NCBI GenBank assembly: GCA_028534125.1
Contig: CM052818.1
Location: forward strand, 16,618,001 to 16,682,000
Direction: 5' to 3'
Source of the DNA: Lama glama
Lineage: Eukaryota
Length of the DNA stretch: 64,000 bases
The translations under genes and the position numbers were made by a program. Below are positions 12,135-24,556 of this stretch, piece after piece (within the stretch, counting starts at the first letter, position 1; every line of letters begins with the position of its first letter). A model generated the notes under the pieces. That model was given only the letters and a program-made list of their open reading frames with translations. It was not told the DNA's origin and did no database searches.

Positions 12135-14811
12135 TATATTTAAATCTCACTGTTTCTGATCTTAGAGCTCATATTCATCCTTATGAAATTTTTCATAGAA
12201 AAACAGCTCAGAAAGACCCTTATGCTAGCATCAGAGGCCAGTACAGTAGCAATTAAGCAAAGATGGGTAATAAGCTAGAACAGTAGCTGAATAAGTCAGT
12301 CCTCTACTATGTATGCTTACACTGCTGCACTCAGATGACTACATATTTTTTGTGTCTGCAGCCCAAGCTGAGTCTGCAGTTGTAATCTTACTTATTACTT
12401 TGGCTCAAGGTTTCTCATCTTCACCTTATCCGACAGCGTTGCCAGTCTTCAAGTGAGTGCACCTGAGGTAACCTTATTTCTCTCCATGGTTTTTATTAGA
12501 CTCTGCCAGGTTCCAAATCTTCCTCTCAGCTGGGCTTTCTTGACTCTCACCTGTGGTTTAGGCCAGTTCCAATTCCTAGGACCAATAATAGATTCAAGAA
12601 AAAAAATTAGGCGACTTAAAGGACTCTGCGTAAACACTCTCTTCCTGCCCTGATGGTACCCTACTGAAAAATGGGCTTTCGCTTTCCTTGTATTAGTGTC
12701 ATTGCACACATTATAGCTTACATTTGAAAGCTGGATTTGAAAGTTTTTCCTGTGTCAGTCTCATTCTTGGTGCCCCACCTATTACTTTGATCATACTAAA
12801 TCTAAATCTCCATCTTGTTTTTCTCACTTACTCCAAGCCCAGGCACTGAAGTCTCAGTTTCATGATTAAGTTCCTGTTTTATTCTGACAGTCTGATCTGA
12901 TTCTGAGTTGCTGGACTAGATAGAGTTTAGTGTGTTCGCTTTTCATATAGACTTTGACCTTGTGTCTCACTTAAGTGTTGAAATAAGCTCTTTCCCTTGA
13001 TCTTAGGGACCTCCTCCAAGATATTATAATCACTATCTCTGCTAGATACTATCTACTACCCACTAGATTTCACTTCTGCCAAAATGTGATTCTGTGTTCA
13101 TGTCCTCAGATCTTTCTCTATCCAATTCATGCATAGAGTTCCGGATTCTGCTGATGTTGGCATTTAGTGGCTGGGGATAAAACAAGAGCTCAATTACCCA
13201 ATTCAAAGTGAAGTGTATAAAATTTAGGAGAACTGGTTAAATGAAAATTACCAAACCAGAATGTTTTTCTTCACATTTTACTACAATTAGCCCAACTGGT
13301 GATTGAAGTTTCATTACACAACCACAAACACCAGCTGCTGTCCTGTCAGAAACCAACCAAATAAGCCAAGACAAGATTGGATTTTGGGTTTTCCTATCAC
13401 CATCCTTTGGAAAGGACCAAAGTCCATCTGGTCTATTCACCTGCACACTTGGATATCAGTTCTGAAGTCACTGTATCTAACCTGTTTTTAAAGTTTCCAA
13501 GGACAGAGGTGCTATGAAGTTGATACCATATTTGAGAGAAAGTTAAAAAATCACCCTCATGTAGCAATGCCCCAACATTTCTAAAATGTTTGCTGGCTTT
13601 AGTGTTGTTTCAGCTTTTGTGGGCATAAAATGTATCTTCCATGTCATCTGTCTTGAATACTTGGTGTCATAACTCTGATTACTTCTGTTTTAGAGGTTCC
13701 AATTTTGACATTTTCTACTGTGATCTTTCCCCCTGGTTTTTATATAAATACCTTTTATTTTTCCCTAAAAGCCAACACTGACTTGAAGGAGTAAATACAC
13801 CTGAGAAAAGTAGGTACTCTGCTTCTCTATCTCACTCTGCCCAAATAACAAGGATCATGTCAACTAGAATAGGTCTTGTTTTCCTCCAATTAACTTCCAA
13901 GAAAAATAAGACAGAGAGTAACTGTGAACATTTGCTTTTTTACAGATCTGATGCTATGATTCTTAAAGAGATTTTTTAAAAATTCAGAGTAGCCTAGGGG
14001 ATGAACCCACAATAAAGTCAGATTAAAGAGTAGGTAAGAGATACAGCAATGATGTTTACCAAAGTCAGCTTATAAACAAGTAGCATTAAGCAGAAATTGC
14101 AACCTACACCCTCAAAATCATTGAAAAATGAATGTCAGTGGGAAATAGCCTATGAAGGTATTTGGCTTTTAACATGTGATACGAAAGACATCATTTTGCT
14201 GATTCAATTGTAGAGAGTAAAAGCCTAGAGACATTTCAGACAGTCTTTATTCTTTGAACTGCTACTTGAAGACAGCACTTGGGAGCTAAAATAAATCATC
14301 ACCACAATAAACTAATTTTCTTGATTGAGCGTCCACCCAGACTGCTGAGGCAAAAGTCAGTCACTTGTACTATTGCTGTTGCCATCTGTTTCACTATTTC
14401 TCAAAGCAGGAATGATTGTTGATTAATGTGCACTATGCAAATTCATCCACTTTACAAGTAGTGACCTACAATTACTCATGCAAAACTATCTGATGAAGCA
14501 ATAAGGCAGTTGATCAATGCCAATAAAGGACCATTAACGATTTTGGCCAGCCTGATGTTATAGAATAGGTAATATTTTTTCAGCTACTGTGGCCATATCA
14601 GTCAAGCAGAATGACTCAGTTATAAATAGGTGAATGATGCTTTTTTTTAAAAGACATTTTTCTGACTTTCCACATAGGACTCCTGATCCAAGAAGGATAT
14701 ATAGCCCCTTTGGAAATTAACCAAGTAGTTTGCAATTAGTAGATAAAGTTTTTTCTGTTTTCTGCTTCCATTAACTACGTGAATTTTCCCTTAAAGAATT
14801 TACCATTCTCT

Positions 14812-14975
14812 GTATTGTTATTGGTTAAAATATAGACTCTGGAACTAAATTTGAAATTTTGGTTCTACAACTTGCTGGCTCTGTGACCTTAGGCAAGTTA
14901 CTTTGTCTCTCTATGCCTTGTCATCTCATCTGCAAAAATGAGAATGATAATTGTATTTTCTACGTCATGGATTTA
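14812..14975 (+). mobile_element. MIR SINE
   Basis: 'tggttaaaatatagactctggaac...ctgtgaccttaggcaagttactt...ctcatctgcaaaaatgagaatgataat'. Confidence 0.8.
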
Positions 14976-15084
14976 TAGTGAAAGTTAACTTACTCATAAA
15001 TGGCTCAGAAAAAAAAAAGTGTGTGTGTGTCGGGGTGTGTGTGGGGTGTGTGTGTGTGTTTGTGTGGACATGCATATTTGTATA

Positions 15085-15230
15085 GAAAAAAGAGGGAGTG
15101 AGAGAAAATGAAAAATATGGTAAAATGTCAGCAATAGACAAATCTGTGTACAAGTTATATGTGTTCTTTATACTGCTGTTTATTTTGCAACTGATGTATA
15201 AATTTGAAATTATTTCCAAATAAAATGTGA
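15085..15230 (+). mobile_element. L1ME/L1MC-type extreme 3' end, preceded by an imperfect (TG)n tract
   Basis: 'aaatatggtaaaatgtcagcaatag...ttttgcaactgatgtataaatttgaaattatttccaaataaaa'. Confidence 0.6.
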
Positions 15231-17774
15231 AGAGACAATTAAAAAAAAAAACTCAGCTTCATTTAAATAATATTATTTTAAAACATTGATATTATTTGTA
15301 TTGTTTTTTGTTAAGTAATTATGAATATTTTCAAAAAATGACATTTTATAATTTTTAATATTTAAAATTTAATTTAATGTATAGATTTTAATAAAATAAT
15401 ATTAGTATTATGTACATTTCAAATGCATCACAATTAATTTTTAATTCTTTATATAATACTATCAAGAGAACAAAAATCAATGAGAATTCTGATTATTAAT
15501 ATATAAGTAGTGCTTTTGCTGCAATGAAGGCAAGAAAAATTTTATGGGATAACTATGTAACAGTGAATTATGGATGTCTTTATTACTTATCCAAACATCA
15601 CTACCATTGAGCAGAAAGCCAGACACACAGAATCATAAGTAAATTTAATCACCTTTGAAATTTTCTTACTGTAAGTCATGTTAAAACTATAGCTTTAACC
15701 GTACTTTTATTTTGTCATAATAAGGATATCTTTTTCAGGATTGGAGGATAGGAAGTATTTTTATGTAGCTATTATTAGCTTGATATGAGACTTTTTAATA
15801 TTGAGTCATATGCAATATGTAGGCATCCTTTCATATTCTTATACCCACACTATATACCTGCTATGGGTACTAATGATTATGCTTCCCTTATGTAAATTAT
15901 AAAATAATGAAAATAAAAACACACAGAAGAAAACCATATACTTTCCACTAACGTAAATGCAAAGAAAGGGTCAAAAATGCATACAACTGGATAAAAGAAG
16001 TTTCCCAAGGAACTGAGGTGAGGTAGATACAGAATGACAAACGGATTCTTTCAGCAAAAATTTATTTTTCAGGAGCAAAGTATATTATAACAAATAGAAA
16101 ATACACATTATACCAAAGCATATAATAACTACCATTATTTTATCTTCTAAGTTCTATTGCCAGGTAAATAATCATAGATCCTTTCTTATGAACACATTTG
16201 GTATAACTGACATTTTAAACTCTGGTGGAAACACTGCATTTACCCCATTTTTAAAAATCTCATTATTTGAGGACTTTCATTCTATTTCTCAAAATGATTT
16301 TGAATCTTCTTTTTGAAAGGCACATGCAAATTGATCATTTGGCTACTGTGTCTTAGATAACTTTCTAAGAATTTAAGTAAATATTTTACTTATCCAATTG
16401 ATTGAGTCCTTGCCTATCTGCTATGTGTTGGCTTTGAAATAGAGGAGAAAAATTATCTATCTTGTGTGAGCAATAGCTCTATTTTAATCTAGTCTTTCTC
16501 ACATTTTCTGAGTGTCATTTATTTTAAATGGTAATTGAAGAATGATTAGACATGTTTTATTAACTCCCCCACCCCTATTCACCTCTTTTTTGGAACATTG
16601 TCTTGGGTTGCAGTATCAGGCAGAAATCTGAGATTTCCACATGAAAGCACTGATTAAGCTGACATTAATAGCAAACATGTGACTGATGTTTTGACAGTGA
16701 ATTCTAAGTTAATTTATGGTGATAGACCACTTCAGAACATTTCGTGGTAAAAGTTAAGACTTTTGTCTTTTCTTTTTTTAATTACCTGTAGATATTTAGA
16801 ATCAGATCCTTTGGAAGATGTAATCAATTCAGACTCAACTGCTGTTTGAGATATCTTTAAAAATAAGACCTTTTCTTTTAAACAAAAACAAGTAAAACCA
16901 TTTCTTCAGCATAGATATATGCTCTAATTTGAGACTGTATTGTTTTCTTTTCAATATATATTTTTCTCATGTGTTACATAAATTTCCCAGAAGAATTGGT
17001 TGAGCTATAAAACATATATTAGATCCCAGTAATTGCCAATAAAATGCCATAAGAAATTACAGCTCTATCAAAGATTATTTTATTAGTCAGTCCCTTGTCA
17101 AAAAAGTTAATATAAGGTCATATCACAATATTTTAAACTTATAGGACGTCCATTCAATAGGATTAAAATGTAAAATGAGAAAGTGGAGACATGCAAAATC
17201 TATTCCCAGTTGTCTGAAAACCTGGATCTGTGATTTGTCACACCTTTGAGGTAAATGACTTTCCAAGATCACAAACATGATGCTTTGATGAAAGAGTTGC
17301 AAATCTCAAATTAGATTCTACATCTTATATGGGAATATGCTTATGTAGAATATTTATATGCATCTTCTGTAATTCAATAAAACAGTCTTCCTATCTTTCT
17401 CTTCTCTTGGGATATTCTTCAACACATCTTATAATGATTTCCATGAAATCATTTTCATTCACGGTGACATCATTCGGAATTTACTTTATTGAACTGAAGA
17501 TAAAGATACGATATTTTTCTCTCTGCCTTCTGAGGAAAAGGAGTAATATCAAAAGTGAATGATGACACTTTTCAAATCTCTTATCTATCTTATTGTGTTA
17601 TCTCACTTCCCCTCTGTGCTTTACATACTGTACTGTGACAGTTGTGCATAAAATCAAAGTATAGGCTTGTGTGTGTGCATGCATGTGTGTTTGTGTGTGT
17701 GTGTGTTTTCTTTTCACCACCCCTTTCACAATACTGCTTTTCAGGGGATAGATCATTGAAGTTTGTAAATCAAA

Positions 17775-18712
17775 TTACAAAAAGTAATGTCCCTGCCCTC
17801 ATAGAGTTTAATTTATATTCTACTGGGCGAGATGAATATTAAATAAGCAAATAAATATTAAATATGTTATTAATAATAAGTATTATGAAAATAACTAAAA
17901 TAAGTTAAGGGGATTGAAAATGAGAAACGTACTTTTTATAGTTAGGAAAAATCTTCTTAGGGATTGACATTTGAACTGAACCTTGAAGGAAAAGATTGAG
18001 TCAAGTGTTCATATAGCTAGGAGAAAAGTGTTCCAGGCAAAGGGAAGAGCAAATGCAAAGACTGTGAACCAGCTGGGAGCATACTGAGCGTGGTCCAAGA
18101 ACATCAAGGTGTAGCTGTGAATGGGAGGGAGAGACTGAAGAAGTGAAGTAGGAGAAGGGCCCTAAATTTATATCAGACTTTCATAGGATAGATTTTATTG
18201 AGTGAAGTGGGAAATTACTGGAGAATTTTGAGCAGTGGTGCCACATTATCTGATGTTTTTTAAGATATTCGAATTGCTGTTGGAGAGAAGACTGAAGGAG
18301 GATATATGTGAAAATATGGAGAAGCAGTGACTATAGTCTCGGTGTCCTAGGTGTGAGGTGCTAGTGGCTTATACCACAGTCGTAGCAGAGAAGGGTGAGA
18401 TGCATGAATTTGGTATATAGGATATTTTGAATGTAGAGCAAACAGGATTTTACTGATGGACTGACTGGATTTGAGATGTAAAAGAGTCAATAATGAGTCT
18501 GTACTGAACCTGATCTGGATCCATGGATTGGTGGTTCGATGGTGGTGCCAATTAAGGAGACAGGACAATTGAAAGAAAAATAGGTTGTGAGGTCCAGAGA
18601 ATCAGGAGTTATTTTTCAGACATGCTGATTTTGAGATGCCTATTCAAATGTACACATCAAATAGACAGATAGATATTTATATTTGAAACGTTTGGAAAAG
18701 TTTGACCCTGGT
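17775..18712 (-). mobile_element. L2 LINE, interrupted by L1; resumes at about 20300-20365
   Basis: 'gtccctgccctcatagag', 'gacatttgaactgaaccttgaagga', 'gtgttccaggcaaagggaagagcaaatgcaaag'; continuation 'gtcattagcatataggtgatttttaaaatc' after the L1. Confidence 0.8.
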
Positions 18713-18737
18713 GATTTTTTTTTTCACTAATTTACCC

Positions 18738-20297
18738 TTTTTAATTTTTTCCAGCTTTGTTGAGATATAATTGGCATGTAACAGTGTGTAAGTTTAAGGT
18801 GTTCAATGTGATTTGATACATGTGTATATTAAATGTTCACCACATTAAGTAACAAGCTTCATCCCACATAATTACTATCTTGTCATTTTTATGGAGAGAA
18901 TATTGAAATTCTCATAGCAATTTTCAAATATATAATACCATATTGTTAACTATAGTCACCATGCTGTACCTTAGATCCCCAGAACTTACTCATATTATAA
19001 CTCAAAGTTTGTACCCTCTGACTAACATCTCCCCCATTTCTCCTTCCCCTCAGCCCCTGCAACCACATTTCTATCTTCTGTATCTGAGTTCAATGATTTT
19101 ATATTCCACATATAAGTGACATCATACAGTATTTGCCTTTCTCTGTCTGACATTTCATTTAGCATAATGCCCTCCTCCATGTTGTTAAAAATGGCACGAT
19201 CTCATATTTTTAATGGCTAAATTATATATGCATTTGTACATACACACACACACACAAATATATGTACATTCTCTTTATCTAAATCAGTGGACATTAAGTT
19301 GTTTCTGTGTCTTGGCTATTGTGAATAATGCTACAGCAAACCTAAGAGTGCAGATGTCTTTCTGAGATGGCAATTTCATTTCCTTTGGATATATACCTTA
19401 AAGACGGGTTGTTGGATCATATGGTAGTTCTATTTTTAATTTTTTGAGGAACCCTCCTACTGTTTTCCATAGCAGCTATATCAATTTACATTTCCACCAG
19501 CAGTGCACCAGGGTTCCCTTTCCTCTGTATCCTTGCCAGCATATTTTTTATCTCTTGCCTTTTTGATGATGGCCATTTTAACAGAATTTTTTTTTAAGAA
19601 TTATTTCTCTGATGATTAGTAATGTTAAACATCTTTTAGTGTACTTATTGGCCATTTGTATTTCTTGTTCGGAAAATTATCCATTCAAGTCCTCTGCCCA
19701 TTTTTTAAAATCAGACTGTTTTTTGTTTGTTTTGTTCTTGGATTGTTGTTGTTGGGTGTTTTTTTGTTTGTTTGTTTGTTTTGTTTTTTGCTATAGAGTT
19801 GTGGTACCATATATTTTGGATATTAACCCCTTATCAGATAGATGGTTTGTGAACATTTGCTTCCAATCTATAGGTTGTCTTTATTCATTCTGTCAGCTGT
19901 TTCTTTTGCTGTGCAGAAGCTTTTTAGTTTAATGTTGTACTACTTGAGTTTTGCTTTTGTTGCTTATGCTTTTGGTATCAAATCCAAAAAGTCATTACCA
20001 AGACCAATTTCAAGGAGCTTTTTCTCTGTTTTCTTTTTGAAGTATTATGGGAGCAGGTCTTACATTTAAGTTTTTAAGCATTTCCAGATAATTTTTGTAA
20101 GACGGGTAAGATAGGGGCCATATGCATTCTTTTGCATGGGGATATCTGGTTTTCCCAGCACCATTGCTGAAGAGGCTATTCTTTTGCCACTGAGTATTCT
20201 TGACTTCTTTATCAAATTTTAGTTGACCATTTAAGTGTGGTTTTACTTCTAGGCTCTCGATTCTGTTCCATTGGTCTATGTATTTCTTTTGTGTTAT
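18738..20297 (-). mobile_element. L1 (L1MA9-like) 3' UTR and ORF2 C-terminal region, 5'-truncated
   Basis: Antisense 3' end 'gctttgttgagatataattg...aactatagtcaccatgctgtaccttagatccccagaactt'; ORF 20010-20363 contains ORF2 motif [12 protein letters not shown]...GQLKFDK. Confidence 0.9.
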
Positions 20298-20519
20298 ACC
20301 ATCCTTGAGATTTAAATTGCTAGCTGTCATTAGCATATAGGTGATTTTTAAAATCACTAGCATTAAAGGTAGTCAATATTATTATTTCAAATTGCTGAAA
20401 ACAAAGACAAGAGGGATTGGAATAACTCTGATTTACTGAACATAATTATATTGTGTTTTTGTAAAATGGTAAGAAATAATATATTTTCTAGATGAGTTTG
20501 TGTCCTAATCACAGTACAG

Positions 20520-20800
20520 TATTGAATAATGATAGCAAGTATATACTATATAGTACTATAATATGCTATATATCATTATTTTATTCTATTGTATACTATG
20601 TATTATTATATTTTAAAATCCTCACACCAAACCTATGAGATAATTACCATTATTCATATTCCATTGTAGATAAGGAACTTAATTCAGAGGTAAATAAGTT
20701 AACTCACTCAAATTAATTTAGCTGTTATGTTCTCAGTCAGCATTTGAAGCCAAGGTGTCAAGCTGCAGAGATGACATTCTTATTCACTGTGCTTTACTGC
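20520..20800 (-). mobile_element. MIR SINE
   Basis: 'aatcctcacaccaaacctatgagata...ccattgtagataaggaact...catttgaagccaagg'. Confidence 0.7.
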
Positions 20801-22227
20801 TTTTCTAATGCAACGTAAGAAGTCAATGTATTGGAGTCCATTTATGTAGATAGTTGTGATATTTAAAATCCTTAAAATATTACTCTAAAATTATTTTTAT
20901 CAATCTAAACTGATATTGACACTCAAAGAAATAATTTTGTGTAGATGCTTATGAGAGTAATTAATGTATCACTTCATAAAAACAAATAGATTTAGAATTT
21001 GCAAAGGTATAAAAATAATATGCTGTTAGCCTTATTTGGTGGTAAGGAATGACTATATGTTTAAAAAAACAAAGCCATTTAAGCAATATTCCTGCTAAAA
21101 ATGTGTGTGTTCTACCATTTTCCTCCCTCTCCCTGATTTTCTCGTATTATGAATTCTTTCTGGCTCATAGTGGCACCTCTTATGGGTGGTAGGAACTCAA
21201 CTTGTAAGTTAAATTTGGGGCTATTCTCTTGTTTGGATATGGCTTTCCCATAGATCTTCCTTCAGAGACAGAGGTGTGAGAAAATAGTTTTTTCATCTAC
21301 TTTGAAAATAGCTTCCGAAATCATCCTTAAGCCTCTAGCTTATGAAAAGTTAATATTTTCCATGAATGTTGTAGGGGGATCATGACTCTAGGAACATGAC
21401 TCTGTTTTTCCTTCCGTGGGAGTGACTGTTTCCTCCTGAAACACAGAAATATACCCCTGGAAGGCAGAGTCCATGTTTCATACTTTTTGTATTCTGGACA
21501 TAATACTCACTGGGAGGACTATATGGACACTCAGCATACTTTTTGACTTAAATACTATGCACAATTAAGTTCTGTTCTCTCCCACCTGCATTTTCTTACT
21601 TTTATGTAGATATATATTCATAGAGTGTTAGAAGTTCCTTTCTATTGTAATTATAGTTACAGTTACCTAAATAATTAAATTATGTTTTCATGTATAAATT
21701 ATTTCCTGAACCTACCATTCACTGTTGAAATTAAAAGGCATCTCTCCAATAACTTCACGTGCACTTGTCAAAGAAAATAGAGGATGCAGTGAGGTCCACA
21801 GGATCTTACAAAAACTGGTGCTTTGAAGAGGAACTATGCCAAATAATCTTTAAAAACAGGCAGATATTTTGTAAGGTAGCCGGGAAAGTACGTTCACATT
21901 TAGATAAGAAGAACTCATGGAAAGGCATTAACACAATAGATATGGGTGTCCATTATTTCTCACTTGAAATAATAGTCTAAGTAAGCCAAGCAATGATCAA
22001 GAGTTCTGGCAAGAAAATACAAATTATTATTATTTTTTGCTAATATGTCCTCTTTAAATTGATTTCAAGCCTATTTCCCTCATCAATTCTTAACTGTGCA
22101 CCTTCCACAGAGCCTCTGTTTTATGCAGCCTTTTTTGTATTGACCTAGGTTCACATCAGAGGTTCAAATTCAAGTTCATTGATCTTGACTTCATACAGTA
22201 AAAAGCCAATTGATTATATTGTCAATT

Positions 22228-22528
22228 TTCTTTTTTTTTTTGTTACTTAGATATAATTGACATATAGAATTACACATATTAGTTTCAGGTGTACAACATT
22301 ATGATTCAATATTTGTGTATATTATGGCATAATCACCACAATAAGTCTAGTTAACATCAATCACAATACAGTTACAAAATTTTTTCCTGTTATGAAAACT
22401 TTTGATTTACTCTTAGCAAATTCAAATATGCAGTACAATATTAATGATAGTCACTATGCTGCACATTTTATCCCATGGCTTATTTATTTTATAGCTGAAA
22501 GTTTGTACTTGTTAACTTCCTTCACCCT
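22228..22528 (-). mobile_element. L1 3' end (L1MA9-related), about 300 bp
   Basis: Poly(T) then 'agatataattgacata...ttagtttcaggtgtacaac...caccacaataagtctagttaacatc'. Confidence 0.8.
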
Positions 22529-22692
22529 TAAATAGTTATTAAAATTACTGTTTTAATAAAAAACTCCTGATCTATTTTCTGACATTTTCAGAAAGGGTCA
22601 TAGATGATTAGGAAAACTAAATAGAAGAACACATTTGTGAAGAAAAGAAAAGAGAGGAATATCGGCAAGTAAATGTGAATGGTGATGACCAA

Positions 22693-22880
22693 AATTCAAT
22701 TCTATTTAACAAATGATTTGAGGCACCAATAGTGTACAAACCAGTGTACTAAATGTCAGAGGGAGATATTAAAACGAATATAGATAAGCTCTATCCTCAA
22801 AAAGTGAATGGCCTGGTAGAAGCATAACCATTAATATAATTAAAGGTAATACAGGGCAGAGTACTAAAGTAGCCACAACA
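22693..22880 (-). mobile_element. L2 3' end fragment
   Basis: 'aattcaattctatttaacaaatgatttgaggcacc...gtgtactaaatg'. Confidence 0.5.
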
Positions 22881-23119
22881 ATGACCAACTTATAAATAAT
22901 TCAAAATAAAATAACACTGAATCATAATTGAATCAACATATTTAAGCAATAAACATTATAATGAGAGAAGGAGCCAAATAATCCTGTCTCCTATCCTAAT
23001 CCCTTATGTCTCAGTTTATAGAAGAGAATGGGATTAATTCTGCCTCGGAGAGTTAGACAGACTCTATGATATGGAATTTAAGCTAGAATGCCAGTATTAG
23101 AGGACCTAAGCAAATTCTT

Positions 23120-23625
23120 ATATTATTTTCTTCATTATGAAAATATTCAAACATATAGGAAAGTTGAAAGAATTGTACAGTGAACACTTATCTTATCCAC
23201 TTACCGCTCTGTCATCCATCAGTCCATTTTAATCCTTGATGCTATTCGAAGTAAGTTGCAGACATGCATTTTATCACTAAGCATTCAGTATGTGTATCAT
23301 TAACTAGAATTCAATATTTGTTTACTTTTTCGTGTAAAATTACCTATATTGAAATGTACAAATTCTAAGTGTACTGTTTAATGAGTTTTGACAAGTGCAT
23401 ACAGTATTATAACAAAAATATCTACTAAAATATATAGAATGTCACCCTCAGTCCAAAAAATTTCCTGAGATTCTTTCTCTTTTCAGTTTCACTATTCCGG
23501 TGTGTGTTCAGTGGTATCTCATTGTGGCTATAATTTGCATTTCCAATGACTAATGATGTTGAGTACATTTTCACTACTTATTGACCATTTGTATACCTTC
23601 CTTTGTGGAATATGTTCAGTTCATA
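23120..23625 (-). mobile_element. Old L1 (L1MB/L1MC-type) 3' fragment(s)
   Basis: 'aaagttgaaagaattgtacagtgaacac', 'atgagttttgacaagtgcatac', 'gtggtatctcattgtggctataatttgcatttcc'. Confidence 0.7.
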
Positions 23626-23879
23626 CCATATTAAAGTAATATCTGTTCAGTAAAGCTTAGGACCTGAAGAAATATTCAAACTATCTGAGAACAATAATTA
23701 TTTTGTAATACTTGTCACTAATAAGGGTCTCATGAAAACTTGTGTCATAAAAATTAATAAGATGTTTTTCCGATTGAAATATGATCAAGTATTTAGCAAC
23801 ATAATTATTTGAATGATTTTCTCAAAACTGAGTTACACAATTTCTCTCTTCTTTAGGTTAAAATTCCTTCTCTGGGTTG

Positions 23880-24030
23880 AAGGTGGATAGAAATTTAATG
23901 GGCTTTACAGATAGACCTGGATTCCAGGATTCCAATTCTGTTGAGAGACTATGTGAGGAATTCCTTTAGAAAAATGAGTACAGTAATACTTTTGACAGAG
24001 TACATTTCAGGATTAAATTTTAATAATACT
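23880..24030 (+). mobile_element. MIR, 5' part; split by an L1 insertion, with the 3' remainder at about 25761-25800
   Basis: 'agatagacctggattcc...aaaaatgagtacagtaatact...caggattaaattttaataat' continues as 'aataatgctttttagaaatcttaacactgtg' after the L1. Confidence 0.6.
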
Positions 24031-24556
24031 TTTTTTCTCCTTTTTTGGCTTTATCTGTAAATTTTTTATTGAAATATAGTTAATTTACAATATAGTGTTA
24101 GTTTCAGGTATATAGCAAATTATTCAATTATACACATAAATATATTATTTTTCAGATTATTTTCCATTGTAGGTTATTACAAGATATTGAATATACTTCT
24201 TTGTGCTATATAGTAGGTCTTTGCTGTTTATCTACTTTTTAATTATTATTTTTTAGTGGCGTGTAGTCGATTTACCATATTTGATGTGTACAGCAAAGTG
24301 CTTCAGTTATACATATACATACATATGAACTTTTTTAGATTATTTTCCATTACAGCTCATTACAAGAAATTGAACATAGTTCTCTGTGCTATACAGTAGG
24401 TCCTTGTTGTTTATCTATTTCACATATAGTTATGTGTATCTGTTAATCCCAAACACCTAATCTATCCCTACCCTCCTTTCTCTCCCTGATAACTAGTGTT
24501 TTTTTTTTTATGTCCATGAGTTTATATCTGGTTTGTAAATGAAATTTGTATCTTTT
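24031..24556 (-). mobile_element. Two tandem L1 3'-UTR termini (about 24061-24235 and 24236-24556), the non-inverted arm of a twin-primed L1
   Basis: Both units have a T-rich start and 'agattattttccatt...attacaaga.attgaa.ata.ttc..tgtgctata.agtaggtc.ttg.tgtttatcta'. Confidence 0.85.

Noticed and set aside
12780..13520. Possible very old LTR and L3/CR1 remnants
   Set aside because: Similarity is too faint to assign without a profile search.
19612..20363. ORFs of 75-117 aa
   Set aside because: Sense and antisense readings of a decayed L1.
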